From an uncultured delta proteobacterium (GTDB taxonomy: Bacteria; Myxococcota_A; UBA9160; SMWR01): a stretch of DNA of 64,000 nt. Both the position numbers and the translations under genes were made by a program. Every line of letters starts with the position of its first letter. Position 1 is the first letter of the stretch. Of the stretch, positions 10,420 through 19,444 are shown piece by piece. The notes beneath the pieces were generated by a model that saw only the letters and a program-made list of their open reading frames with translations, was not told the DNA's origin and did no database searches. The DNA lies in contig CAWHTE010000002.1 in NCBI GenBank assembly GCA_963832165.1, forward strand, positions 192,001-256,000, given 5' to 3'.

Positions 10420-12428
10420 AGCGTCTTCAAGTACTCGATGATCGCGCGCCGCTCATCGTCGGTGAGCACGGCGCTGAACTCGTGGCCCTCGTTGCCCTGC
10501 GCGAACATCCAGGTGTTCATGATCTTGCGGTCTTCCATCTGGACGGGCAGCAGCGGCGGCGGGAAGAAGATGTTCCAGGCCAGCAGCACGTTGGTGTAGA
10601 GCGCTGCGAGGATCTGCTCGGCGAGCGGGTCCTGCTGGTCGGCCTCGCTCGGCATGCAGTTCACGTAGGGAGAGACGGACGGGGTCGTCGCGTTCTCCAC
10701 CTGGCAGGGGATCTCGTCGTAGCGCCACCCCACCTTCTCGGTGTCGAACGCGCGCGCGAGATCGGTGTCGTAACCCATGATCACGTTGCCGAGCACGTTC
10801 AGGATCGACGGGGCGGGAGCCGGCTTCGAGACGCGCTTCCAGATCCGCTTGCGATCTTCGGGCTCCAGAACCTCCCAGAGGTTGGGCACCGCGCCGTTGT
10901 GGAAGTAGGGCGCCGTCGCCCAGATGCCGTAGAGCGGCGGCGCGAGGTAGCCGAGCTCGCGCCCGGCCGGGCGGACCAGATCGCCGTTCTGCGGCCCGCA
11001 GTCCTGCGCGGTGTCCTTGGTGGGCGGATAGCCGAAGAAGCTGTCGCGTCCCGACGCCTGTACCGCCTCGTTGTTGGCGAGCAGCCGCTCAGGGTCCGTT
11101 CCGATGATGTCGAGCGGCACGATGTAGGCCGCGATCCCCTCGAGCTCGGGAGTGTCGAGGAAGGCGGGATCGTTGACATAACGCTTTGCGTACGCGCCGT
11201 GGCAGCTCGCGCACGAGCCGTTTCCCTCGGGCCGGCGCACCGGGTTGTCGCGGTCGGGACCCCACAGATCGAGCTTGTGGAACAGCTTCGCGCCATGCTC
11301 GGCGAGCGCGGTGTCGATCGGGTAGGGATAGGCGGGAGACTTCAGCGCCTCGACCCACGCGTTGAGATCGGGGCCGTTGTCGCGCATCCACGTCTGGCCC
11401 TCCGGCGTGATGCCGATGGTGGGCGCGTAGAACACGGCGTCCACGCGCGGCGTGTCCATCGCGAATACGCCGTCGACGAACTTCGCCGGGCGATGGCCCA
11501 TGTTCCACCACGCGGGCGTATCCAGGTCGGCCGTCGAACCCGAGGTGAGCACGCCCGGAAGGTTCGGTATCGCACTGGGCCCGGCGGCCGCGAACGCGAG
11601 GTTGATCAAGCTCGCGTCGTTGCGTCCGCGCGTGTGGTTCAGGTTCAAGAGCACCGCCGCGGAGGCCTCGTAGCCGAGCACGAGGAAGTCGCGCAGGAAT
11701 AGATTCAGATCGGCGAGGCTGCTGCCGCCGCCCCAGATCATGCCGGGCCCGTCGCCGTTCTGGCCCGTGCCGACGGTGCCGCTGTGGCACGCGTGACAGG
11801 TCACGGTGATCTCGCCGCTCCAGCCGCCGTACGGGCCGCCGCGCAGCTGCGTGAACATCTCGGGCAGGCGCCCCGATCCGCCGTTCGTGAGGTTCGGATC
11901 CTCGCCGGGCAGCGGGTAGGGGTTGGGATTGGTCCCGAACCCCGAGCCGTAGCGCTCCGCCACGAGCTCATCGAAGTTCGCCGGCCGCTCCAGGAAACCG
12001 CCCCAGATCCGCCAGACCTCGTTGTACGCGCTGGCGCTGATCGTCGACGTGCCGGTGCTCGGAGTGGTGCCCGTGAACAACCCGCCCGCATTGGAACTCC
12101 CGGTGTCGAGCAGCAGCTCGCCGCGGTAGAAGCGCTCGCGCAGCTCGCCGCAGGTCTCCGCGGTACCGACCTCCTGCACCGCTGCGGGATCGACGTGGCA
12201 GTTCTTCCAATACACGTTCATGTGTACGGCTTTGCCCGCATTGGTGCCGGGCTGCGCGAGCGTGCGGGGGTCGGGCGGAAGCGGAGTCGCGTCGGGCTTG
12301 CCTTCGCAGTAGTCCCACGCGAACGACCCGCCGCGAGCGCTGTTGAGCAGCGCGTCCGGCGGATCCTCGGCCGTCGCGGACAGCGGAGAGAAGAGGGGCA
12401 GCAGCGCGAGAGCGGCGATGCGCCGCAT
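10416..12428 (-). CDS. roxA: RoxA-like (rubber oxygenase family) secreted dihaem c-type cytochrome, 670 aa
   Basis: Signal peptide; CHACH and CASCH haem motifs; WWNMGHRPAKFVDG; GYLAPPLYGIWATAPYFHNGAVP; C-terminal GNEGHEF. Confidence 0.75.
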   Translation of the reverse strand: MRRIAALALLPLFSPLSATAEDPPDALLNSARGGSFAWDYCEGKPDATPLPPDPRTLAQPGTNAGKAVHMNVYWKNCHVDPAAVQEVGTAETCGELRERFYRGELLLDTGSSNAGGLFTGTTPSTGTSTISASAYNEVWRIWGGFLERPANFDELVAERYGSGFGTNPNPYPLPGEDPNLTNGGSGRLPEMFTQLRGGPYGGWSGEITVTCHACHSGTVGTGQNGDGPGMIWGGGSSLADLNLFLRDFLVLGYEASAAVLLNLNHTRGRNDASLINLAFAAAGPSAIPNLPGVLTSGSTADLDTPAWWNMGHRPAKFVDGVFAMDTPRVDAVFYAPTIGITPEGQTWMRDNGPDLNAWVEALKSPAYPYPIDTALAEHGAKLFHKLDLWGPDRDNPVRRPEGNGSCASCHGAYAKRYVNDPAFLDTPELEGIAAYIVPLDIIGTDPERLLANNEAVQASGRDSFFGYPPTKDTAQDCGPQNGDLVRPAGRELGYLAPPLYGIWATAPYFHNGAVPNLWEVLEPEDRKRIWKRVSKPAPAPSILNVLGNVIMGYDTDLARAFDTEKVGWRYDEIPCQVENATTPSVSPYVNCMPSEADQQDPLAEQILAALYTNVLLAWNIFFPPPLLPVQMEDRKIMNTWMFAQGNEGHEFSAVLTDDERRAIIEYLKTL

Positions 12429-12433
12429 CGGGT

Positions 12434-13447
12434 TCAGCACGCGGTGTTTCCTCGGTGTTCGCTGCGTCGGCGCAGGCCCGCGAGGGTCAGCGCTCCCGCG
12501 ACGAGCAACACACTCGCGCCGGGCTCGGGCAGACTCACGACGCGAAAGCCCATGATGCTGCCCTCGGCGTCGGGAACGGTGTGACTGCGAGATTCCGCAG
12601 CGAGGTGGGTCGGCTTGACGTTGAAGCTCCCGCCGCGCAGGCCGCGGCTCGCGCCGTCGACGACCGCCTCGTTCCACTCCCAGACGTTGCCGCCCTGGTC
12701 GAGCGTCCCGTTCGGGCTGGCCGCGCCCGGATAGCTGCCCGCCGCGGTCGGATTGCCGACGCCGGGCGTCCCGCCCGCGGAGCCGCAGTTCGCGGTGTTC
12801 GCCGTGGCCGCGGGCGGCGCACACACGGACGCGGTGTTCGCGCCGGCCGGGTAGTCGAAATAGCCCGCACTCGCCGCGTCGTAGTAGGCCGCCTTGTACC
12901 ACTCGGCCTCGCTCGCGAGCGCGACGGTGGCGCCCGCATTGCGCGCGATCGAATTGTTCGCGATGCCCTGCGCAGTGATCGTGTAAGCGCCCGCCTCGGT
13001 CGTCGCCGGGCCCTGCGCGCCGACGGGCTGTCCGTTGTGCAGCCAGTTTGCGAAGCGCAGCCCGTCGTAGAACGACACGTAGTTCACGGGCTGATCCTCG
13101 CGGCCCGTGACCGCCGCGTAGCCGTAGTTTCCCGGGCTGCCGCTGCGAGCGATACCGCCGAAGCCGGCGCCGTTCGAGGCCATTGCAGGGTTGTAGAGCG
13201 CGTTCGGGTCAGCCTTCGCCACCGCGTTCAGGAACGCGGTGTACTGGGCGTTGGTGATCTCGGTGCGCGCGATCCGGTAGGCGCCCGCCACGGCACCGAA
13301 GCAGCCCTGGGGCTGGGCGTCGCAGGCGTTGCCCGCGCCGCCGACGTCCACCCAGTCGACCGCCACCGCCGAGGCGGTCGGAGCCGTCACGAGCGCCGCA
13401 ACCCAGATGGCGGTGCAGAGCAGGAGCGGTCGCGCTGAGCTCTGCAT
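12434..13447 (-). CDS. FGE/SUMF1-domain secreted protein with PEP-CTERM sorting signal
   Basis: TEITNAQY, PVNYVSF, SEAEWYKAA, DQGGNVWEW, LRGGSF, GFRV, then LPEPGASVLLVAGALTLAGLRRR. Confidence 0.9.
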   Translation of the reverse strand: MQSSARPLLLCTAIWVAALVTAPTASAVAVDWVDVGGAGNACDAQPQGCFGAVAGAYRIARTEITNAQYTAFLNAVAKADPNALYNPAMASNGAGFGGIARSGSPGNYGYAAVTGREDQPVNYVSFYDGLRFANWLHNGQPVGAQGPATTEAGAYTITAQGIANNSIARNAGATVALASEAEWYKAAYYDAASAGYFDYPAGANTASVCAPPAATANTANCGSAGGTPGVGNPTAAGSYPGAASPNGTLDQGGNVWEWNEAVVDGASRGLRGGSFNVKPTHLAAESRSHTVPDAEGSIMGFRVVSLPEPGASVLLVAGALTLAGLRRRSEHRGNTAC

Positions 13448-13471
13448 CCGATTTCCCTTTCGCGGCCGGGA

Positions 13472-13499
13472 GAGTAATGATAAGATCATTCTATTACTC
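13472..13499. promoter_or_regulatory. Candidate TetR operator
   Basis: AT-rich nested inverted repeats GAGTAAT/ATTACTC and AATGAT-AAG-ATCATT in the 72-bp divergent gap. Confidence 0.55.
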
Positions 13500-13519
13500 C
13501 CATTCGGAAGGACTGTCAA

Positions 13520-14161
13520 TTGGCAAAGCAGGCCGCCAGGCAGGTGCCGCGTGCGAATCGAGACGCCGCGGCCGCGGAGCCGGTGCGCGAACGGATCCTC
13601 GCCGCGTTCTCGGCTCGCGCTAGGCGTGAGGGAATCCGCGCGATTCCGATGGGCGAGCTCGCCTCGGAGCTTCGCATGAGCGCGATGACGCTATACAAAC
13701 ATTTTGCTTCGAAGGACGAACTTGTTGCTGCGATGGTCGACGCGTGGGCGCTCGAGCTCGCCGCGCTCGACGCGCTCGATTGGGACAAGGCCCGGAGCTG
13801 CAGCTCCGCGCTCGAAGTGCTGCTGTCGTGGGCGGACGCCTGGACGGCGAGCCTGTCGCGCGTGAGCCCGACCCTGTTCGCGGATCTGCAGCGCGATCAC
13901 CCGGTGGCCTGGAAGCGCTTCCAGTCCCAGATCGAGCAGCGCAAGCAGATCGCGGCACGACATCTCGCGCCCTACCTGCGCGACGACGTCCATCCGGGCG
14001 TGGCGATCCTGATGCTCGACAGCCTCGTGATGCAGGCCGCCGATCCGGGCTTCATCGAGATGCTGGGCATCTCGCGGCGCGAAGCGGTCCGCAGCGCGCT
14101 CGCGCTCTGGGGCGGCGGTGCGCTTCGCGAGCGCGCGATTCTGCGTCCCGTGAAAGGCTAG
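13520..14161 (+). CDS. TetR/AcrR family transcriptional regulator
   Basis: RERILAAF...MGELASELRMSAMTLYKHFASKDEL HTH. Confidence 0.92.
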   Translation: MAKQAARQVPRANRDAAAAEPVRERILAAFSARARREGIRAIPMGELASELRMSAMTLYKHFASKDELVAAMVDAWALELAALDALDWDKARSCSSALEVLLSWADAWTASLSRVSPTLFADLQRDHPVAWKRFQSQIEQRKQIAARHLAPYLRDDVHPGVAILMLDSLVMQAADPGFIEMLGISRREAVRSALALWGGGALRERAILRPVKG

Positions 14162-14184
14162 TCGGGAGAACGGGGGGCTCCGCC

Positions 14185-15309
14185 CTACGCAATCGGCCCC
14201 GCGACCTTTGGCGCCACCTCCTCGACGAGCATCCGCAGCGACTCCTCCCAGCGTTCCTGCTCTCCGGTGAAGTCGTAGAGCACCACGAGCAGCGTGCCGA
14301 AGCCGCCCGTGTCGTGTTGCAGCTGCTGGAGCTTCTCGGTCACCGTCGCGGGCGAGCCCACGAGCCAGTTGCGGTCGACGAGGTAGTCGACGTTCAGCAT
14401 CGAATCCGGCTCGCTCGGATCGTTCTTGAAGTGCGCGCCCATTCCGCTGCCCACGTAGAACGGCAGCAGGTATTCGCCCCAGCAGCGCCCCATCGCGCCG
14501 TCGCGCGCATATGCGCGCGCGCGCGCATCGGTGTCTGCGATGTACACCTCGCGCACGAGGCGCCACTCGCGGCGGTCGGGCACGCGCCCCGTGCGCGCGG
14601 CGCCGCGCAGCACCGAGTCCCAGTGCGACGCCGTGTGCGCCGGGTTGAGCGAGATCGAGAGCGGGAGGAAGCCGCGCTCGCCCGCGAGCTCGAGCGTCTT
14701 CGAGCCCGCGGAGAGGCCGGCGATGCCGATCGGCGGATGTGGAGTCTGGTAGGGCTTCAGGTGGACGCCCAGGAAATCGAGCCACGATGGTCTTCGCTCG
14801 CCTTCGGCTCGCTGCGCGCGACTTGCAGCGGTGTCGAGCCGTCGCACGTTCCAGAATTCTCCGTCGAAGTCGAATGCTCCCTCCTGCCAGAGCCGCAGCA
14901 TGATCTCGAGCGATTCGAGCGTGCGGCGCCGGTTCTCGCCGCCTTCGGCGTCCATGTCGTAGAGCATGAGGTCGCCCGGCAGCGCGCTGATTCCGACGCC
15001 GAGCATGTAGCGGCCACGTGCCATGTGATCGAGATAGGCGACGCGATGCGCGAGCTCGATCGGGTGGTGATAGGGCAAGAGGTGCGCGCCGGGCGCCAGC
15101 ACGATGTGCTCGGTCTCGCGCAGCGCCTGCGCGATCAGCAGATCGGGAGCTGGGCACGGCTCCCAGGGCGCGGTGAAGTGCTCGCCGATCCAGGCCTCGC
15201 GGAAGCCGAGTCCGTCGAGCAGGCGCAGCTGCGCGAGGTCGTAGTCGATGCCTGCGCGGATCCCGCGCTCGGGCGGGTGCGACGGCATGATGAACGCGCC
15301 GAGTTTCAT
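14185..15309 (-). CDS. LLM-class (luciferase-like) flavin-dependent monooxygenase
   Basis: WIGEHFT, LLPYHHPIELAHRVAYLDH, KPYQTPHPPIGIAG; ATGA overlap with the upstream gene. Confidence 0.92.
   Translation of the reverse strand: MKLGAFIMPSHPPERGIRAGIDYDLAQLRLLDGLGFREAWIGEHFTAPWEPCPAPDLLIAQALRETEHIVLAPGAHLLPYHHPIELAHRVAYLDHMARGRYMLGVGISALPGDLMLYDMDAEGGENRRRTLESLEIMLRLWQEGAFDFDGEFWNVRRLDTAASRAQRAEGERRPSWLDFLGVHLKPYQTPHPPIGIAGLSAGSKTLELAGERGFLPLSISLNPAHTASHWDSVLRGAARTGRVPDRREWRLVREVYIADTDARARAYARDGAMGRCWGEYLLPFYVGSGMGAHFKNDPSEPDSMLNVDYLVDRNWLVGSPATVTEKLQQLQHDTGGFGTLLVVLYDFTGEQERWEESLRMLVEEVAPKVAGPIA
14786..14826 (+). repeat. Dispersed 41-bp element, copy 2, in-frame inside the LLM gene
   Basis: GATGGTCTTCGCTCGCCTTCGGCTCGCTGCGCGCGACTTGC; read on the minus strand as [14 protein letters not shown]. 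Confidence 0.9.
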
Positions 15310-16517
15310 GCACGACTCCCTGTGTTCAAGCGAACGTCCGTGACCCCGAACAGGAAGCGCCGCGCACCGAGGCCGATCACGAGCGGAAGGATGCCCGCGC
15401 GCGCAAGCGCGGGCACCACCCGGTTCACGAAAAAGCGCGCAGGCGCAGAGCGCTGGAACATGAAGCGCGGCGGTACCCGTTGCAGACGCTGGACCACGCG
15501 CACCTCGGGCAGGCGCTCGCGGTTGATGCGCTCGCATGCCTCGAGCACCGCGCGCGCGTCCCCGGGGCCGGCCGCGAGCGGTGCGAGGTGGTTGGCGGCC
15601 ACCAGCGCATCGCGCAGCGCGATGTTGATGCCCTGCGCGCCGACGGGTGACATCGGGTGGGCCGCGTCGCCGAGCAGCAGCAGCCCGGGCGCGCACCACT
15701 GCTCGAGGTGATCGCACACGACGTCGAGCAGGAAGAAGTCACCGACCGCGTCGCGGTGCGCCTCGAGATGCTGCGCGAGATCCGGCGAAACCGTGCGCGC
15801 GAGCTCGCCGAGCCAGTCGCTGATCCCGCGCCGACGCAGCTCGCCGAACGTGCCCTTCTCGATCACCCAGCCGATCTGGAGCCGGCCGTCGGGTGCGGGC
15901 AGCGCGATCGCGAAATGTCCCTGTCCCAGATACAAGCGGGCCTGCTGCGCGTGATCCTGCAGCGGCGGCACCCGACACCAGACGACGTCGAAGATCTGGG
16001 CCTCGCTCTTGCGGTCGAGCGGCGAATGCTTGCGCGTGGCCGAGGCGCGTCCGTCGGCGCCGATCACCCAGTCGGCCTCGACTTCGCGCGGGCCGCTCGG
16101 CGAGTCGCCGCGCACACCGACGACGACGCCGTCGCGGGTCAGGAGGTCGCGCACGGTGAAGCCGCGCTCGAGCCGGAATCCGGGCCACTTGCCCGACTCG
16201 TGTACGAGCATCTCGAGCAGCGCGGGCTGCGACACCACGCGCGGACCGCCGCCACCCGCGAGCGGCAGCTCGAAGAGCGGGCGCGCGCCCTGATAGAGCG
16301 CGATCCGCGCGACGCTGCGCTGCGGCAGAGCTTCGAGCGCGCTGCCGAGGCCCATCTGCGCGATCGCGTCGAGCCCGCTCGGCATGAGCACCTCGCCGCG
16401 GAACTCTCGCGCGAAATCGGTCTGGCGCTCGAGCAACGTCACCTGACCGCCGGCCCGCGCGAGCAGGTAGCCGAGCGCCGCACCGGCGGGACCCGCACCG
16501 ACGATCGCGAAATGCAC
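15306..16517 (-). CDS. FAD-dependent oxidoreductase/monooxygenase (UbiH-like)
   Basis: IVGAGPAG, REFRGE, IGADG, GDAAHPMSPVGAQGINIALRD. Confidence 0.92.
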   Translation of the reverse strand: MHFAIVGAGPAGAALGYLLARAGGQVTLLERQTDFAREFRGEVLMPSGLDAIAQMGLGSALEALPQRSVARIALYQGARPLFELPLAGGGGPRVVSQPALLEMLVHESGKWPGFRLERGFTVRDLLTRDGVVVGVRGDSPSGPREVEADWVIGADGRASATRKHSPLDRKSEAQIFDVVWCRVPPLQDHAQQARLYLGQGHFAIALPAPDGRLQIGWVIEKGTFGELRRRGISDWLGELARTVSPDLAQHLEAHRDAVGDFFLLDVVCDHLEQWCAPGLLLLGDAAHPMSPVGAQGINIALRDALVAANHLAPLAAGPGDARAVLEACERINRERLPEVRVVQRLQRVPPRFMFQRSAPARFFVNRVVPALARAGILPLVIGLGARRFLFGVTDVRLNTGSRA

Positions 16518-16527
16518 GATCCGGAGT

Positions 16528-17814
16528 CTACGCGAGCAGCCTCGCGTAGTCCGCCTCGACTTGCGCGAGGTCGAGCCGCTCGAGGAAGCTGCTGTAGGCG
16601 AGCCACGCGGAAAGACCGTTCAGGTCAGCGACCGGAGGCGGCAGGTAGAGCGGCGGCACCACGAGCCGTTGCTCGACGAGGTCCGAGAGCGTGCCGACGT
16701 CTTCGAGCGTGAGCTTTCCGCAGAACAGGAGCGGGATCCGGTCGAGTCTGCCGCGCCGCACGGCGATCTGCATGAAGCAGTAGATCGCCACGAAGCCCTT
16801 GTGATAGGCGAGGTCCTTCGTGAACGGGCTCGCGGTAGGAGTGCTGCCGCGGAACACGCGCACCGAAGTGGTGTACGCCTCGTCGCGCGTGCGCCCGCGC
16901 GCGATCAGTGCGTCGAACACCTCGACGAAGTTTGCGCCCGATTCGGCGAGCGAGATCGCGTGGACGCGGTCGGTGATCCGGCGCAGCCGCGTCGGGTGCG
17001 AGACACCGGCGAGAATCTCGACGAGCAGCGCGAGGCCCTCCTGCGTGATCGTCGTCGACGGCGTGCCCTTGGCCAGGAACGTGCAGAACGGCTGGCGCTG
17101 GCCGTTGAGCGTGGTGCCCACGTGCACCCAGCCCTCGTGCGCCTCGAGCACGCGCAGGTCGCGCTCGCTGAACCGAACGTCCTTTCGCAGCTTGATGTAG
17201 TCGGAGCCCGCCGCGGCGTCGGCCACGATGCCGTCGCTCTCCGTCACGCGCACGCGGGACCCGGGCTCGGAGAAGATCCGATCGAGTCGTTCCTGGAGCC
17301 TTGCCACCGCATCAGCGGTGGGGATGTCGTGCGAGGTGCGGTCGAAGAACGCGCTCTCGTCGATTGTGCGCAGCGCCTGGTCGAGCGACGCGGCGAGATC
17401 GGTGATCGACGGGCCGCCCGCGTGGAACGCGTCCGAGGCGCTTCCGTAGAGGTGTCTCGAGATCTCGCCGAAGCTGCTCGTGCCGCGCGCTCCGATCAGC
17501 TCGATCACCTCGAGATACTCGTCGCACATCCGGTGCATCAGCCGGCCGGCCGGGTTGGCGCGGCCGAGCTGGGCCGCGATGTCGCGCTGGATGTCCCGGA
17601 ACGCGGTGCGCGCGTCGGCCGGATCGAACGCGAGTGGTGTGCGCTGGTAGTAGTCGGCGTCGACCTTCGGAAGCTCGCGACAGTCCGATGCGTAGAATGC
17701 AGTCTGGACGTCCTCGCCCCACTTGATCGCGTCGAGCACGCGGATGCCCCGCTGGGCTGCGACGACGCGCTCCGAGAGCGCGCGCACGCGATCGGCATAG
17801 CTGGGCTCGTCCAT
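16528..17814 (-). CDS. QEGLA-motif protein (DUF1704 family), putative metallopeptidase
   Basis: HEGWVH, TITQEGLA, RVFRG, FTKDLAY. Confidence 0.88.
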   Translation of the reverse strand: MDEPSYADRVRALSERVVAAQRGIRVLDAIKWGEDVQTAFYASDCRELPKVDADYYQRTPLAFDPADARTAFRDIQRDIAAQLGRANPAGRLMHRMCDEYLEVIELIGARGTSSFGEISRHLYGSASDAFHAGGPSITDLAASLDQALRTIDESAFFDRTSHDIPTADAVARLQERLDRIFSEPGSRVRVTESDGIVADAAAGSDYIKLRKDVRFSERDLRVLEAHEGWVHVGTTLNGQRQPFCTFLAKGTPSTTITQEGLALLVEILAGVSHPTRLRRITDRVHAISLAESGANFVEVFDALIARGRTRDEAYTTSVRVFRGSTPTASPFTKDLAYHKGFVAIYCFMQIAVRRGRLDRIPLLFCGKLTLEDVGTLSDLVEQRLVVPPLYLPPPVADLNGLSAWLAYSSFLERLDLAQVEADYARLLA

Positions 17815-17824
17815 GCTCCCCGGC

Positions 17825-18220
17825 TTAGCAAGCTTCGACGATCAGCGTAAGCCCCCGCACTTCGCACACGTGCACGTGCGCGCCCGCGTCGATCGCCGCG
17901 CATCCCGGGGCGAGCTCGGCGCGCCAGAGCTCGGCGCCCACACGCACGTAGCCCTCTGGATCGATCCGCTCGCGCGCGATCCCCGTGCGGCCCACGAGCA
18001 GCGTGGCCGCCGAGGGGTCGCTCACGGCGTAGGCGTCGCGCAGCCACGGATAGAGCGCAAAATCCTTGATCACGAACAGCGTCCAGCCGAGTGCGGCGAG
18101 CCACGGCGCGATGCCGGCCTTCGCGGTGAGCCACCACGCCACGACCGCCGCGAGCACCCAGCCGGGCGTCTCGAGCGCCACATAGCGCACGAAGGTCCGC
18201 TGCCAGAATCTGCGGACCAC
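17825..18220 (-). CDS. NfeD-like membrane protein
   Basis: Two TM segments, then LVGRTG...PEGYVRVGAELWRA...GLTLIVE OB-fold. Confidence 0.85.
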   Translation of the reverse strand: MVRRFWQRTFVRYVALETPGWVLAAVVAWWLTAKAGIAPWLAALGWTLFVIKDFALYPWLRDAYAVSDPSAATLLVGRTGIARERIDPEGYVRVGAELWRAELAPGCAAIDAGAHVHVCEVRGLTLIVEAC

Positions 18221-18224
18221 GGCG

Positions 18225-18725
18225 CTAGCTCCGGTAGCTGACGCCCGTGATCTCGAACACGGCGTCGCCCTTCGGGCGCCGCACGGTGACCTCGTCGCCG
18301 CGGCATTTGCCGAGCAGCGCTTGTCCGAGCGGCGAGTCCATGCTGATCCGACCGGTCTCGACGTCGAATTCGTCGGGTCCGACGATCTGGTATTCGATGC
18401 GCTGGCCGTCCCCGTCCGCGAGCTGGACCCAGGCGCCGAAGCGCACGACGCCGTCGCCCAGATCCTCGGGTGCGATCACGCGCAGCTCCTCGAGGCGCTG
18501 GCTCAGGAACTCGAGGCGGCTGTCGATCTCGCGCAGGCGGCGTTTGCCGTAGATGTATTCGGCGTTCTCGGAGCGATCTCCCTGCGCCGCCGCCTCGCCG
18601 ACTTCACGCGTGACGCGTGGCCGCTCGACCGACCACAGCCGCTGATATTCCAGCTCGAGGCGCTGACGACCCGCAGCCGTGATGCAGGGCGAGCGCGGCG
18701 CGCGCGGTGTCGGGCGGCGGCTCAT
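18225..18725 (-). CDS. greB: Transcription elongation factor GreB
   Basis: ERPRVT, AAAQGDRSENAEYIYGKRRLREID, ISMDSPLGQALLGK. Confidence 0.93.
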   Translation of the reverse strand: MSRRPTPRAPRSPCITAAGRQRLELEYQRLWSVERPRVTREVGEAAAQGDRSENAEYIYGKRRLREIDSRLEFLSQRLEELRVIAPEDLGDGVVRFGAWVQLADGDGQRIEYQIVGPDEFDVETGRISMDSPLGQALLGKCRGDEVTVRRPKGDAVFEITGVSYRS

Positions 18726-18789
18726 GGGTGCCCGAGCGTACCGGAACCGCGCCGCGAGCGCGTACACTGCGCTGCGATCGGAGGCGCGC

Positions 18790-19392
18790 GTGAAGCTCTA
18801 CGACTACCTCGAGTCCGGCAACGGCTACAAGGTACGCCTGCTGCTGAACCAGCTCGACGTCCCGTACCAGCGCATCGAGGTCGACATCAATGCAGGTGCC
18901 ACGCGCACGCCCGACTTCCTCGCGATGAACCGCAACGGGCGGATCCCGCTGCTCGTGCTCGACGATGGCACCGCGCTCGCGGAGTCGAACGCGATCCAGT
19001 TCTACCTGGCCGAGGGCACGCGGCTCATGCCCGCGGGCCGCGTCGAGCGCGCCCAGGTGCTGCAGTGGATGTTCTTCGAGCAGTACAGCCACGAGCCGTA
19101 CATCGCGGTCGTGCGCGCGTGGTGTCACTGGCCGCAGCGCGCGCCGGCCGATCCGAACGAGCTCGCCGCACGCCGCGCGCGCGGCTACGACGCGCTCGCG
19201 GTGATGGAGGATCACCTCCACGTGCGCGACTTCTTCGCGGCGGGCCGGTACACGATCGCGGACATCGCGCTCTACGCCTACACGCACGTCGCGCACGAGG
19301 GCGGCTTCGATCTCGAGCCCTATCCGGCCGTCCGCTCGTGGCTCGACCGCGTGCGCAGCCAGTCGCGCCACATCCCGATCACACAGGGCTGA
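18790..19392 (+). CDS. Glutathione S-transferase family protein
   Basis: SGNGYKVRL, NGRIPLL, ESNAI, WMFFEQYSHEP, TIADIALYAY. Confidence 0.93.
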   Translation: MKLYDYLESGNGYKVRLLLNQLDVPYQRIEVDINAGATRTPDFLAMNRNGRIPLLVLDDGTALAESNAIQFYLAEGTRLMPAGRVERAQVLQWMFFEQYSHEPYIAVVRAWCHWPQRAPADPNELAARRARGYDALAVMEDHLHVRDFFAAGRYTIADIALYAYTHVAHEGGFDLEPYPAVRSWLDRVRSQSRHIPITQG

Positions 19393-19444
19393 GCCCGGTC
19401 CGCGCCGATCAAGCCGGGGCCGCGGATTTTCGATACGACCCCCC

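Noticed and set aside
14941..14949. Additional GCCTTCGGC matches (also near 22182)
   Set aside because: Only the 9-bp core matches; flanks are unrelated and explained by ordinary codons
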